The notes: generated from the letters alone by a model not told the origin. Counted from the first letter of the whole stretch, positions 24,301-38,234 are shown. The stretch: DNA of 58,733 bases, filler included, from Platydemus manokwari (GCA_037951405.1; 5 parts of 5 records of this genome joined end to end with filler, not necessarily neighbours in it), one strand, 5' to 3'. Numbers and translations: made by a program.

Positions 24301-25443
24301 TTTGATTTCTTTCTCATAATTTCTCTGTTTCTGTTCAATTTCATCCATTGTTGTATTGTTTTCCATTTGATATTTAAAATCTTCCAATTCAATTTTTAAG
24401 TTATCACAAACTTTTTTAGTTTTAACCAATTCTATTTCAAGTTCCTCTTTTTGTGATTGAGAATCTCTAATCAATTTCTCTATAGTCAGATCTTTAAATT
24501 GTTCATTATTAATTTTCGATTCCATTTTAATATAATTATCATCGACTAGATATTAAATTAAAAAAATAATTTTAAAATCCATTACATATATATATATTAT
24601 TTGAGGCCATACCATTATCTGTTTGGTCTAAATTGGATTTATAATTTTTTATTTCATTTTCTAATCCATGAATTTTATCATCATATTCTATCATTTCTTC
24701 CTAAATTAAAAATTGACAAATTTAGTTGATTGAAAAAGACGAAATATTTAAACAAATCCCAAATATTTGCTTTACCAAATCAAAACATTAATAAATTAAT
24801 CATTTAATGGATATCAAAAATGGATAAATTTCAAAATCTACTTGCCTGTAATTCTTCAATTCGTTTCTCTAATTGCATTTCGTTTTTTTCTTTATCTTCT
24901 AAAATAGAAGTCAATTTTTGAATTTTTTGACGATAAATAATCTGCTCATTTTTCAAATCATCCAACTGTGTTGTTGATATATATATTAATTAATAAATTG
25001 CTATATTAAATAAAAATATACGAACAGAATTTTCATATTGTCTTTCATCTTTCTTAAAACGATCCTTTTCAATTTCTAATTCTTGATTTTTAAGCTGAAG
25101 TTCATTAACTAGATCTTTAGTAATTTTTAATTCTTCATCAATTCTTAGAACTCTAATTAATGGTCTTATTTTTGAATATAATTTCCACCAAGGCCATTCC
25201 TTGATTTTTAAATACATTAAACAATTCCTCTGGATAATTCTAATGGCATCGGTTTGTAACTAGTGAATTATACATATATTAATATAAATTATACACTTTA
25301 ACGTATTATATCACTTTTAATTTTTCAACTTTCTTTTTAGCAAGATATTGTCTACTCAAAGATTGTAATTTGATAACAAAATTAGTAGATGCTAATTCTC
25401 TACTATTTTTCAATTCAAAAACTGTTCCTAATCGAAAGAATAA
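21348..25443 (-). CDS. MYO18: unconventional myosin XVIII, neck and coiled-coil tail (multi-exon, 5' truncated by contig end)
   Basis: Exon 25443-25315 gives LFFRLGTVFELK...KLQSLSRQYLAKK (converter/IQ). The exon from 25259 gives IQRNCLMYLKIKEWPWWKLYSKIRPLI. Tail segments EQKQRNYEKE, KKLKNIELQLEE and EKKLKKELKTTKDLLNDA parallel MYO18A. The last exon ends ...RRSSVGTEKF* with the stop at 21348-21350. Confidence 0.88.
22553..22576. repeat. (CA)n microsatellite in myosin intron
   Basis: cacacacacacgcacacacacaca. Confidence 0.8.
22907..23009. mobile_element. 103-bp hAT-type MITE in myosin intron
   Basis: TIRs CAGGGGTGGCC / GGCCACCTCTG. The 8-bp target-site duplication is CTGTAGGG (22899-22906) / CTATAGGG (23010-23017). 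Confidence 0.8.
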
Positions 25444-25535
25444 CTAAATATGATAAAATTAAGCATTTCATATTGTTAATAATTATAAAAATGATCACTT
25501 ATAAAATATAAATATTAATAATTTATAACTTCAAG

Positions 25536-25635
25536 NNNNNNNNNNNNNNNNNNNNNNNNNNNNNNNNNNNNNNNNNNNNTTAATTAATTAANNNNNNNNN
25601 NNNNNNNNNNNNNNNNNNNNNNNNNNNNNNNNNNN
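25536..25635. other. artificial contig spacer
   Basis: 44 N + TTAATTAATTAA + 44 N. Confidence 0.98.
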
Positions 25636-26339
25636 TGAAAATTTCACGGCAAAATCTTTAATGTTATCAATTACTTATTTTTTCAGAGGAATTTTCTATT
25701 TTGTTATTTATTCATTTTTTAATTATTGGAACATAATTTATTAAAATATGAGATGTTTTATTTTTTATTTCATTAAAATATAATTCCCTTTTCTATATTT
25801 TATTAAATCATAATTGTTTCAATTAGTTTTTCAAGTGATAAATATCATTTTGCATCATTAAAATGTAATTTATTTTACTTTATAGAAATTGATAAAGTAA
25901 TGGGATTCTATTGTAAACCAACATATTTAGTTCGCATGGTTTATTGTAGCTCCATGTCAATACAACAGGACAAGAAAACTTATATTGTAATAACATAAAT
26001 TTAAAAGACTACATCAAATGTAAATTTTCTCTATAGATGCAACCCTAAAAATGTTATAGCAGAGTATTATTATACTGCTTACAAATGAAATTTACCGGTT
26101 TATTCATCTAATTTCATCACATAAACAACTTGCATACTTTGATGATTGCATTTGTAAGAGAGATTAGTGTATGGAAAGACGAATGTCGTATATGTGATGT
26201 ACGTATGTTACTTGATAGCATATTGATCAGTGATTGCACAATTATCAAATCCTACAAGCTAAGAAATGATGTATATAACATTGTAATTGTATTAAGTAAA
26301 TTTTTCAGTGTAACACGGCTTATTTCTAACATTTCCATT

Positions 26340-26740
26340 AGCGTGCAGAACTTTATCAAACCTCCGGAGCATATACAGGCTAAAGATAATTTGGAGAAAT
26401 TCATTACATAAACGAAGAGATTCTTCAAGGTAATTCAACAGCCAAAATAATTCAAAAGAAAACATGTGAAGGCTCTTTTCGTGATAGCATTGCTACCAAT
26501 ATATGAAATTATCGAAGGTAGAGCTTTTGATGAGAGGCTTAGAAAAGCTTTTGAGCTTTAAAAGAACTTCACTGCAAAACTTGATCCAGCATTAAGATAC
26601 CGGAAAGGAAAGGAAGAAAGTTGCAATCAATTCTTCGAACAAATCTAGAAACTAATAGATAATAATATCCGTCGTAAATTAACAAAGCCGTCATTAATAC
26701 ATCAGATATCAATTCACTGCATTGACAGCGGTAGAAATGA
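26340..26740 (+). mobile_element. probable degenerate LTR-retrotransposon (Gypsy-like) gag relic
   Basis: One frame reads through several stops: FIKPPEHIQAKDNLEKFIT*TKRFF...FDERLRKAFE...ALRYRKGKEESCNQFFEQI*KL. It ends in a gag MHR-like Q/K-xx-EES-xx-F pattern. Confidence 0.4.
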
Positions 26741-28089
26741 CTATTTTCAATATCAATACAGAGTATCCAAGCAAGCCATCACAAGATACTCTAGAGGAAA
26801 TGATAACATATAATTTATTTATTTCATATTTAATTTGTTAATTCATTCTAACTTTAATACTTTATTTATTTGATATTTCATTAAATTATTTTTTGCATAA
26901 TTCTCAAAAATATATAATTTGTTTCATTCTATATTCCTTTTATGATTCTTTGTTATTTTATATATCAACCCTCTCATATTATTGTTCTTTTAGTGTAGAT
27001 TTTAAATATCTATTCAAGTTTCACTTTATCTCTCGTTTCCCATTATAACTTTTACTTTTTTTGTAAAAATATGTACTTTTCTTATCAATATAATTCTATG
27101 ATCAATGAATAACAGTAAAATAAAATAATGATAAATGAATACTTTTGTGCGTCACAATTGATAAATAAGCAAGATTATTGACAATCATATGAAACATAGA
27201 AATGAGGAAGTGTCACCTTGCTCAACAGGAAAGAAAATACTGACGATAAAAGGGTTAATCGTACAATCAAATAAACCCATAATGAAAGAAAATGACAAGA
27301 CAAAGATTTTGATTATAATGATGGAAGGAAATTCAACATTGTAAATGGTGGCTCCAGATGTGTATAAATTCCTAACATGTATATCAGCAATTATGTTATT
27401 GAATATTATTTTATATTTTTATACAAGATAATTTAATATATTCCTTAATTATTTATAGTTTAAATAATATAATTATTACTGAACAATAAAGGTTTTTTGA
27501 AAAGAAGATCAATTTTAAATAATAATTCGTACCCTTCATCGGACATTATGGCTTGATATATCGTAATTGATTACAAATGTAACACTGAAATTTCTATATT
27601 ATTTGATTTAATTTTATTATTCCCAACAGCATAAATATGGTCTATCTGAAACAATTTTTGAATTTACCACCGTTATTGGTAGCCAATTTATTTTATCTCA
27701 AAATTTCCTCTGTGATAAATTTCATCAAATATACCATTTTATCATAAATTTTCTACCAATTTCAAGTAAATATGAATAAAGTGAAAATTTTCTAATAAAA
27801 CATTAATTTAATTAATATTTTTCAAAAATGACGATAAAAAATATTATTTCATACCGTACGGACATTGATACGATATTGACTAAACACGACTGCCTGTTGT
27901 ATCAGATCAATTTGAAATTCCATATTTTTATAAGGTATTGGTTCTTCCGATGTCACGTAAATGATTCTTATCACAACCCATGCCGAGTCTATAACCTGTG
28001 TACCCCAATATGAACAAAACTACTTTGGAATGTAATGTAATGATGAAAATGAAAAACAATGTGAAATTTGTTTCCCACAAAATAATGAC

Positions 28090-28570
28090 AGTCCTCTAGA
28101 ATTTGATGATTTTGAAAATTGATAAGATAAATTGTCTGCAATACCATCACCAAACAGCGATGTTAAATAAAAGATTATTTTTTAAAAAATTTCCTCATCA
28201 AAAATTAGATAAATAATTATTATTACATTATAGTTTATAATCGAAACCATTGAAATATCCCACAATTGCAATAAATATTCAACAATAAACAGCAAAGAAG
28301 TTTTAACTACAACATCTATTTGTCTATTTTAAATCAAAGAGAATCAATGTTGCTGTTTCGCATCAAAAATATTGATAATCGATGTGGTTCAAACATCAAA
28401 TGAATGACATGCTTTAATTGTTGGAAATCCACAATAATCTAATCCAGTTTAAAATATCATTTACAATATTGTTGTTTGTTACAAAACAAGCTTTCACAAA
28501 ATAAAAGCAGATAATCGATTCAAATAATCAAGTTCACCAACTGGAAAGCATGAATTAATTAACATACAAC
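28090..28570 (+). pseudogene. Polinton/adintovirus pPolB N-terminal Zn-finger region remnant
   Basis: NNYYYI...CFNCWKSTII*SSLKYHLQYC...IIKFTNWKA resembles the CxxC...L-xx-H-xx-YC...IKF-x-N segment that precedes the exonuclease in this polymerase class. Several stops are present. Confidence 0.5.
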
Positions 28571-28589
28571 AAATATGACTTGTGCAAAA

Positions 28590-28850
28590 TAAGGGTTTGT
28601 CTTTTTCAAAATAAATTGCAAAGCCTTCAACTAAAGTTTCTTGTTTTTTATCCATCAAAATAATACACCAACCATATTTTGTATATAAATCAATAACAAC
28701 CAAAGTATATATAAATCCTTCTTTAGATTTTCTGGTCATTACAACTAAATCTGCATCATCAGTATTGTGTTTAAAACATATTTTAACTTATAAAAATTTC
28801 TTCGATATTTTATACTCATTATGCAATTCTTGAGCTAGTAAATCTTCATC
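28590..28850 (-). pseudogene. Polinton-type retroviral-like (rve) integrase remnant
   Basis: LLAQELHNEY...ADLVVMTRKSKEGFIYTLVVIDLYTKYGWCIILMDKK matches the Polinton integrase pattern LA-x-ELH...ADL-x-DM...GY-x-YIL-xx-ID-x-F-SKYAW. Confidence 0.8.
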
Positions 28851-28999
28851 ATGTAAATTTGTGTAGTTAATTTCTTCATCCCCATAATCTGAAGTTCCAT
28901 GTTTTCTTAATTGCTAAATCATTTTAGTTACACATGGTAAAAGTGATAAACCTTGTTCAAGCACAATTTTCAACCCCCCCCCCAAAATATTTTTAATTA

Positions 29000-29309
29000 A
29001 AAATCTTTCCAATTTTTCTGTGAATGTTAGATTCGATGTATCATTTTAACATCAGCAACATGTTTATCTTGTAAATCTTTTGAAATATTATCGCCATCTT
29101 GTTGCAATGCTATTGCATCTATATACTGGTCGATAATCTTTTTTTGGAATTGGAGGTATATCTAATTTTCCAGTTTTATTATAATTATTGATACTTTCAT
29201 TATAAGTTTGAAAATGTTCTTAAAGATTTGTTCCTGGAAAATACTAATATCTTTCAATATTGTTTGGACTATATCTTAAGCAATGATTAGGGATGATTAA
29301 ACTCTTCAT
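29000..29309 (-). pseudogene. parvovirus-type phospholipase A2-like gene remnant
   Basis: RY*YFPGTNL...IDAIALQQD...DLQDKHVADVKMI aligns by eye to Y-x-GPG-T-x-L...D-xx-A-xx-HD...RH-x-AD. It lies immediately upstream of the integrase. Confidence 0.6.
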
Positions 29310-29729
29310 ACCCACCGATGTTTAGTCTCTGAACAGTTTCCATATTCTCATCATAACCAACTTAGAAAACCTGTTCCGGATTGTCCATATATTCTAGAGA
29401 TTGCCCATATTACTAGAGATTAGTGGCAACCGTTTAAAGATTTCACGAATGAAGTAATAGATGAAAGTTTTAGGAGTTTCCGGTAATTTAAAGGTGTTAC
29501 CTGGTTTAAAGAAAATTTCACAAACACTAGCATGGACTTTGCATCAACACTCGAGCCCATTTTGAGAAGTATCAAGTAAGTTATTTTTAATATTATTAAA
29601 TCAATTAGTTGAAATAACTGAATAGTTGACATCATGAATTCCAGATAAATCCAATAAAGATTAAACTTAAGACAATAAATAATTCAGAAGAGTAAAGTCA
29701 TTGATAATTTAAAAATAAGGATAAAGGAC

Positions 29730-30506
29730 GATTCCCATGAAAAAAACATATTTGGATTTTTAGAAAGCTATTATATACCATTATTTTTGATTGTGATTAA
29801 ATAAACCTTAAACAGAAATATGGATGTTAAGAAAATATTTTACGGAACAAATCGTGAAGGAAAATTAACTGTTAAATCATTGGTATTTTGTTTGCCTAAA
29901 TTAACCTTAAATCCTGAGAATAAACTCAAATTATCGGAATGAATACAAACTGATATATCAATTTAGGTTAACTATTTAAATAGACTTTCAAATCTAATTG
30001 ATATTCATGAGTCGCAAACTTTTACACGACAAGTAACTTTTTTAAAGGATAGACGCGATATATTATATTAGGTTTTAAAGAACCTGAAGTTAGTTACATT
30101 AAAAATAATTCAAAATTCATGAATGGGAATGATTAATATTAATGGACATGATAAATATATAAAATCAATAAATGTTAGATTGAATAGCAATAACTACCCG
30201 GCCAATAAAATGCAATCTGATATCTCAACAAATAATCAGGATGCTCTTTAATGATCCATATCTTAATTTATGTAAAGAATTCAAAAAATACTCTCAATCG
30301 AATATGTTAGATTTTTAAAATTTATACTCAATATTTTATTTCGATGTTAAAGCTCAAGATGAAAAATTAATAGTTAATGATTATAAAGTATCGATTAAAA
30401 TGGAAAATTTATCAGGATTAAGTAGCAAAGCTTGTTGTTGTATATTAGATGAAGAATCTGTTGAAATATTAGTTAAAGGTGAAAGATGTTTTCAATACAA
30501 GACTGA
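29730..30506 (+). pseudogene. double-jelly-roll major capsid protein remnant (Polinton/adintovirus type)
   Basis: Frameshifted IPM...IFGFLESY, LNRNMDVKKIF...KSLVFCLPKL, IKSINVRLNSNNYP, NLYSIFYFDVKAQDEKL. A homologous second copy is at 47177-47585. Confidence 0.7.
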
Positions 30507-30554
30507 CTTTCAGGATTGCTTTCAAGATTAACTCGTAAATATTTTTTTAAAAAA

Positions 30555-30780
30555 ATGAGCAATTTTCTAGCAAAAATGGAACTAACAAAAACTGGTAATT
30601 TGGATTTGAAACGTATTGCGAATGATTTAATTTTAGACTTTAAAATTTTAATGAGATGAGTTATATGAAACATTAAGACATACATTATTATGGATTTAGA
30701 AACTACAAAAGAAAAGAGCACTCATTGACTATCAATTAGTAGGTCTAATAATACATATTTCATTCCTTGTATTTCATTCT
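30555..30780 (+). pseudogene. adenain-type cysteine protease N-terminal remnant
   Basis: NLDLKRIANDL...LMR*V...IIMDLETTKEKSTH*L corresponds to I-x-NLD-x4-5-GTHW, the catalytic His motif. It lies directly downstream of the capsid gene. Confidence 0.6.
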
Positions 30781-31264
30781 AAGTATTTAGAAAATATATA
30801 AATATGAAAAGTAAATTTCAGCAATTAAATAATTAAATTTCAGAAAATAAATTATTTTATTATAAAATCTCTCCATTAATCCGAGTACTTCCCAAGAGAA
30901 GTCATGCCAATGGTGCCAGCCGGCACAATCAATCAAGCCAAACGACTCAAACTAATTGATGATATATGACTATTTTGTGACTATTTGCTATTGGGCATCA
31001 GCATTTTAAGTGTATGTATCCGCCATTGGGAATCAGTATTATCTATCTTGTGCATATGTATTAATCTTGGTATACTGATCAAATCTCGTGTAACTTGACC
31101 ACTTAACATTTACAGGGACGTAAATGCTTAAGGGGGGATATGTTAGGGATTGTAACTACAACTCTAAGTATTTAGAAAATATATAAATATATAAATATGA
31201 AAAAGTAAATTTCAGCAATTAAATAATTAAATTTCAGAAAATAATTTTTTTTATTATAAAATCT
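30778..31264. repeat. ~95-bp direct repeat pair, second copy just inside a putative LTR
   Basis: TCTAAGTATTTAGAAAATATATAAATAT...TTATTATAAAATCT occurs at 30778-30870 and 31163-31264. A polypurine tract AAGGGGGGATA is followed by TGT at 31141. Confidence 0.7.
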
Positions 31265-31995
31265 TTTTGTAAATATAGACATTAAGCGAGTCGATTAAGA
31301 AAAGGCAAACAAAGCTAATTAATACAAAGAAATTTGAACTAAGTAAAAATAAACAAGGCTGGCAAACACAAAGAAACCTGAATTATGATAATTCACTGAA
31401 AACAAACAAAGCAAAAATTAAGACAAAGCACATTCTGTCAACATAAAGACATTAAGAAAAATCTAAACCAATCACACAAAGATATTAAAGAAAAGTTAAA
31501 CAAATATATCTAAAATCCAAAACAAACATATAAACAAATCCTGTCTTGTCCAAAAGGTATAAATATCAAGAACTCATTCAGTTAATAACCCTTTACAGCG
31601 CTAACAGCTAATGTAAGAGAATAATCTTAATGCGACTCATCAAACTATCATGAGTAATTCTATGCTTTTAATTAATCATTTCATAGTTATGCCTGCAATC
31701 ACTTCACGGGCTTGTCAGTTAGTATTAATCTGTCACAACTTTTTTCGGGTCTGAGTCTGTTTCCGGGCTATTAGGCGGCACCGACAATACCCCTCATCTT
31801 TAGGGATAAGCATTGAATCTGTTCATTTGGAACCCTTGATAACTCATTATTTATTATTCAGCTCGTACACCAATTGTATATCGCTAATCGTTATTCAGCT
31901 TGTACACCTGTCATATAAATCAATAAATACTTATTATATACTTTGTGTTGTTATTATATAGTTGTCATAAGTGCTAGTATTCGCAATATTTGGAG

Positions 31996-32390
31996 TCAGA
32001 TTGTGACACGGCTAAAGAACCGCTCAACCCTCAAGTAACGAAAATTCCACACTGTTGAGGCCGGAACTGTACCGAGTGAGCCTATAATGCACGTGAAAAG
32101 CTTAATATTGAAATCTGGTTTCAATTTGGCTAGCTCAATCCTAAAATCGGTATAATGAATTATATTATTTTTGTTTAACTCCTCGATGTTTCGAATTGTG
32201 TCAATTGGACATTTCATGTCTACCAGATCTTTTTTCGCTCTACACCAGTAACCAATAAATCGATGAGCTTTTTTCTTTCCGGTAACAGTGAGCACATTTG
32301 GTTCACTACTACAATAATATTCTTTGATCGAAGACAGTCAATAATTTTATTCAGGCATGCATCATGGCGAGCAGTTTGTAGCTTGTCTGT
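31996..32390 (-). mobile_element. non-LTR retrotransposon relic, restriction-like endonuclease (R2/R4/NeSL-type) C-terminus
   Basis: ARHDACLNKII...IDLLV...(frameshift) DMKCP...IIGSLGTVP shows the RHD, PD..D-x-K and GSLG motifs in the expected order. Confidence 0.7.
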
Positions 32391-35300
32391 TCGCTTATAT
32401 CACCACTTATTTGTGTTCCGATCATGTTAAGACTATTCGTTGACTCGCTATCTATATTTTCCTTTAACAATGATTGACTCCTTGATAAACTTCTTGTTAT
32501 TCTTCGAGTAACTCTGCTGTGTCACTTATAAATTCCTTCCTTTTCGACAGCTTGACTGTATTTATTATACTGGTATAAGAAAAATATAAAACACTACATG
32601 TGATTACGCAATCAACAAATTAAAATATAGATGTAATATTCAAATTTTGTTATATGATACAACTATTTAATAATATTTAATGAGTAATTGATTTGTGAAG
32701 CACTCTATTGATTAATATAATAATCGATTGATCCAATTGATTCAACCTCTATCAAGATTCAATTAATTCAACTTTAGATTCAGGCAATTTATTGCTCCTC
32801 TTTACCCTTAAAAATAGTTCGCGGCACCACTTTTTATTAAACTATTGGTTTTGGTGGCGGTTATTTTTATTTTACTGGTTCTAGGGGCTTCAGTAACTGG
32901 TATGACGACCGAGTTACTGGAAGATAATTCAAATTTATGATTAATAATTGAGCGCAGAGGAACTGAAGTTGATCTGAGCCTGAAAATAATGAGGTTATGA
33001 AACCCTGATTTGAATAGTCACTTATAGCTAAGTGAACCGAATTCAAAATTGAAAATTTAAAAAACAGAAATAAACTGAAAAGTCATTATATGAGACATGA
33101 TTTAAAAGGAAACACTAGAAGTATTCAAATCTGTGGAAATCAATATTGATTCATTCAACTTAATAATGAAAATGAAATCATTAAACATTACTTAATTCCC
33201 CATTGCACTTAATAATAAAGAAATTTCAATAATAAAAACAATTTGAATTGCTTCAAGAAAAACAATATAAATCATCCATTTTCGAATTCGTAAATTTCCA
33301 AATAGATAAACAAAATCATGAAACTTCAGTAATGATTTTGAATTATTTAAGAGAAATTATATAGTTAGTAAAATAAAAAATATCCGTAAAATAAAAATAA
33401 TAAATATATAACTTTAGTAATATATATACTAAAGTAGTATATAATTTATACAAACAGTCATAGTAATTTTCAAAATTTGATAATGACTTGCGTAGTTGTT
33501 ATGACAACTCAGCAATAGCCAATCAGAAGTAAACATGAACAAAAAGCTACACAAAAATTAGTCTAATAAGCAGATTGAAGAAAAATTCGCAAAAAAAGTT
33601 GGCACAAAGATTCCATTTCTGCAAATGTTCTACGAAGCAACCACGATGAGTAATGTATTATTTATTAAATTTTTATTATCGAAATATTAAGTTTTACGGA
33701 ATAAAAATTCTAAATTACTTCTCCGGTGACCTCTTTTTTACAAGTTACAAATAAGTTCCCCAAACAGACTTCCTAGGGAAATTAACACTGGAAGAAATGA
33801 TAGAGCTAGTTATCTATCCAAGTTATCAAAGATTTTACCCAAAAACAAGGGCTTTGGGTCATCTGGTAGCCACAAAATGGGCATAATTTTGTAGATCAAT
33901 CACAAATAAGTAAAAAGGATTTATGATAGCCTGTTTTTTTCTTAAAAGAATACAGAGAATACTAGATCTCTCAAATTATATTTGGCCACTACAAATATCA
34001 AAGTTAGCATGAGGAAATCTTAAACCAATATAAGTCGGCCATTAATGTACTCAACAATTCAGCACATATAAATAGAAATAGTATAAATATAATTACTTTT
34101 GGATAAATATTGAGGGGAATTATTAGACATGAAGTACCTTTACATAACAAATTATTATATCAGAAATTAATTAAGGACATTATTAAAAAGAATTCCAATT
34201 TGGTAAATAAATATTATTTAAAAATGAGAGCAATTATTAATATCAATCAAAGAAACTGATTCATAAACAACATGATATGACTAAATAAATGAATAATGAC
34301 AAATTTGTAAAAGAAAATAGAAAATGATTTTTACTTAGTGAAAGAAATAAAACTAATTAAAATCAATACAGATAAAAATTCAAGCCAAATTACCAACAAC
34401 CACATACGCAAATCGGAACGCAATCTCTCAACCACATTACTTGGACGTGTTTTGAACAATGTTTGAGTTCCTTTTATTTGACAACAATTTTTGTAATCAA
34501 AAATCATTTGAAACGTCGAAGTGCTTATTGGACAGTGATTGCACACAATATATATTTGAACGTAGTGATTGTATTGGTAAAAAAAGAAACAATAAACGAT
34601 TGTATTTTATCATTATCGAATAAATAAATTTGGAATTATTATTATTTGAAGTGATTATTAATATGATATCAAAGCTGACGAAATAACAATAAATCGATCT
34701 TAAATAAGCGACTTTATTATTTATAATTAATAAACCGAGCCAGTACATGTGTTCAGAGCAAGTTCACTATTCAGTTTTTGTTTAAATCAATACTCGATGG
34801 AATTAAATTTAGTTAATATTTGGTATTGAAAGGTTTGAAATAAAAAATTGTAAAAACACGTTATATATTGATTTAATAGTTTAAAAATCCGGGAATTTAT
34901 TGGAATATATTTTTATCCAATTTTTTATAATTAACAAGGTGAGGCTGATCATTGTGAAATTCAATTTGAAATGAGTCGCCAAGTTGATACCAAAATTGAA
35001 TGTCAGATATTGATTGGATTGCCAATTAAAATGTTTATATTTTCAGGAATAGCAAATGAATTGATAAAGATAAACGGCTTAATTGAAATCAATTATTGAT
35101 AAAATACCACTGATAAATAAGACATAAAAATATTAACCAAAATCCACTAGAATATTTAAACTGTTAATATCAACCATACATATTTATCTTGCCTAGCAAC
35201 GACAACCAACGACAATGGACAACCTACCTAATGACGCCTACAACTAAACCGCTGTACTCACGGAAAACTGAAATCAACTCATCACTGGCATATTGATTCG

Positions 35301-38234
35301 GTCTATTTCACTCTGCCTCAACCAGAAAACTCAAAATACCAATGGGAACTCACAGATTTGATGCCCCGAAACTCGAGCTCTGCTATATTGCTGCCGATTA
35401 CAAAAGGAATAACAAACTATAATCAACGATAAAAAGAACTCAATTAAAGTCAAGAGATGAGGGATTCTCTCACCGGCTCGTGAAGACCACCTGTATATCA
35501 AATACATATTAATTGATATTTTCACAGACAACATATTTTGGATTCATTTCGGAACAAGTTAAGACAGCAGTGTAACGATTTGAATCTTTAATCTCCTAAA
35601 ATATCGGATTGCTGGCTACAACATGAAATCTTATTGATTTGAAGGGAAAAACATTAAATTTGAAGATTTATAAATAATTAATTCAGATTAATCTTATTAT
35701 TTGGGGGAGGGGGGAATATTTTAATAATTTGATTCAATGGTTGATTCTTTCAACGGTGATTGTGTGTTTAATCATGCCCTAAAATCTATAAATAAGCTGA
35801 ACAGAAGGCTTTGAAGTCACTTTGGATCTCAACATGGTTAGGCAGTTCGCCTTTTTAAAAAATCTAGAAAAACTTGAACGAAAACGAGTCAAAAGATTAA
35901 CTGAAACATAAAATGGAAGAAGAATAACAAGAAGTCAAGCGAACGCGCGAGAACTAATAACATAGATAAAGACAGAAGTGAATCCATATTAAGATTTACT
36001 GGCGACAAAACACAATCTATAATAATTATCATTCATAATATAAATACGAAAACCACAAGCGTTGTCAAGAGTTATTTGACGTTGAATTCGATGAGTTTGA
36101 TGGGTTTGCAGCCACTCATGATTGTAATGATAAAAATAATTGTGGTTATCAATATGTGGCTATCAAGGCCACCAATATACGATTGCCATAAATAAGAATT
36201 TTAAAAGAATAATTTTATATTTGATCTGATAGGCAAAGCATTCAGCAAACGAATAACACTGGACTTCAATTTACACGAATACTATGTTTGACAATTTGTA
36301 GACAAATATCAATGCTCTTGAAAAGAAGCAGAAAAATAGTCAAAGAAATTGAATAAATTAACTAAAAATGCATACAAGAATACATGTTACTGATGCATGG
36401 AAAAATCGCATTATTATTGATTAATTTAAGAGAAAAATTAATATCGTTTTACAATTACAAATGCCATAGTTGAGAATTTAATATTAAAAGTTTGTCGATT
36501 AAAGATAACTTGTAAGATGAGTTTTCTTACCTCAGTGACTTCCATAATATTTGTTGAACTGGAGCGATCAAGCCAATCACTTTAAATTTATGTGAAAGAC
36601 AATTTATAAATATTTGAATTTTGTCCATTGTGGTTAACAAGCATTTCTTCGATTAAGCCTACAAGAAAATTTAAAAAATTCTTTACAAATAATTTTTACA
36701 AATGCTTATCATATTAAATTATCACTTCAAAAAATTTATTATTTATACAAAAACAAGCATAAAAGAAAGAATATTTTACAAGACATCATCATGATTGTCT
36801 AGTAAAGACAGACAAACACTTACTGTAATATAGATAGTAAACTCTTTCAAATAAATATATATGTTCTAAGAAATATCATAATCCCCCAAAATAATTAAAA
36901 TTGCACATACTTTATAAATATATTAAAACAATTACGAAAAAGATTTGTAAAATTAAATTTTTAATTTGTTGAGAATAATGAAATATTCATATAGTTTATT
37001 TAATTATAATCATTAAGAACATTTTGAATTTATTTAATGTTTATGAAGAATTTTAGTTGTTGAAATAAAATCTTAAATATACTGGAGTTACAAAATCTTC
37101 TCAAATTCGATTATCTGAAAGACAGGTCAAAGCAAATCAAATTGCAATTTCTAGAATATTAGCAATGATCTCTATTTTAAAATTAAAATAATATTTGAAG
37201 ATATTATAAATATTTACAATTAATTTACATAAACATAATTAAACAAAGTTTACTAAGCCTATTTGTATTTTTCTAATGAATTAAATTTGCAAAATCAGAA
37301 AGCTAGCATAGAAGTATTGTGATTGTAATAAGAACTAGTTTAAAAAATTATGTTTTTTCTCTATTCAACATTGTAAACAGTGTGCCTTTAATTGAATTAC
37401 AATAGCAAAATCAATCTCAAAATAATAAAAACATTTCATAAAAATAAAACTAGTTATTTTGAACAAATTATTTTGATAAAAATAGTGGTTGATATCTATA
37501 TTTTTTATTTCAAACATGGCATTTGTCGATCTAAGGCACTAAAATTGCAAGATAAAATTAACATTTAAAGTATTAGTTTTTATTCAATTGATGTCGGGTA
37601 AGGCCAGATAAAATATTCACATGTATAATTTAAGGTATTATAGATGACTTCCAAACTTCGGTTATCTTCACGGTACTGTTAAACCTTCAAAATTATTTAT
37701 CAATTCTTAAAACAGACAGATTTAAAAGAATAGTACTAAAGAATAGCTAATTCATATTTTTTATTTTAAATTTTAAAAAATACTATTATTGGGTTATAAT
37801 AGGTGTTTATTTGCTATTCAACCAACTCAACAGAGTGAGTTCCTTTTTTCTTTAAATTATATGAGTTTAATTAACAAAAATTGTTATTTAGCATAAAATT
37901 TGTGATTTATTACTTTAAAAATATTAGTTTCCGCTTAAGCTAAAATTAATTCAAAAGTTCAGATAACCAGATTTTTATCGAATTTTTAGAGAGTGAATTG
38001 TACATTGTACCTAGGAATTTCCATCACTCTTGTAAATTTTAAACTATATTTTTACCTTGGACCTTCAATGTTTATCATTTTAAAAGTCCTAGTCATTAAA
38101 AATTCTTAATAATTTATTTAACCTTAGAAATTTTATTATTAAATTATTGATATTAAAAATTATAGGGTTTTTTGAGTTTTAAAATAAATTTTGCACAATT
38201 TAAGATAATTATTTACATGAATAAGAGAATTGTT

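Larger units (their letters stand above)
28090..30780. mobile_element. decayed Polinton/Maverick (adintovirus-like) endogenous element
   Basis: Five hallmark gene remnants are clustered here, each listed separately: pPolB N-terminal region (+), rve integrase (-), PLA2-like (-), double-jelly-roll major capsid (+), adenain-type protease (+). Confidence 0.8.

Noticed and set aside
24990-25259. Myosin II heavy chain assignment
   Set aside because: QRNC..YLK resembles myosin II, but WPWWKL, FFRLGT and several tail segments fit myosin XVIII better.
33700-36400. Degenerate coding-like patches and a purine tract possibly from transposons
   Set aside because: No diagnostic motif could be read with enough confidence to name a family.
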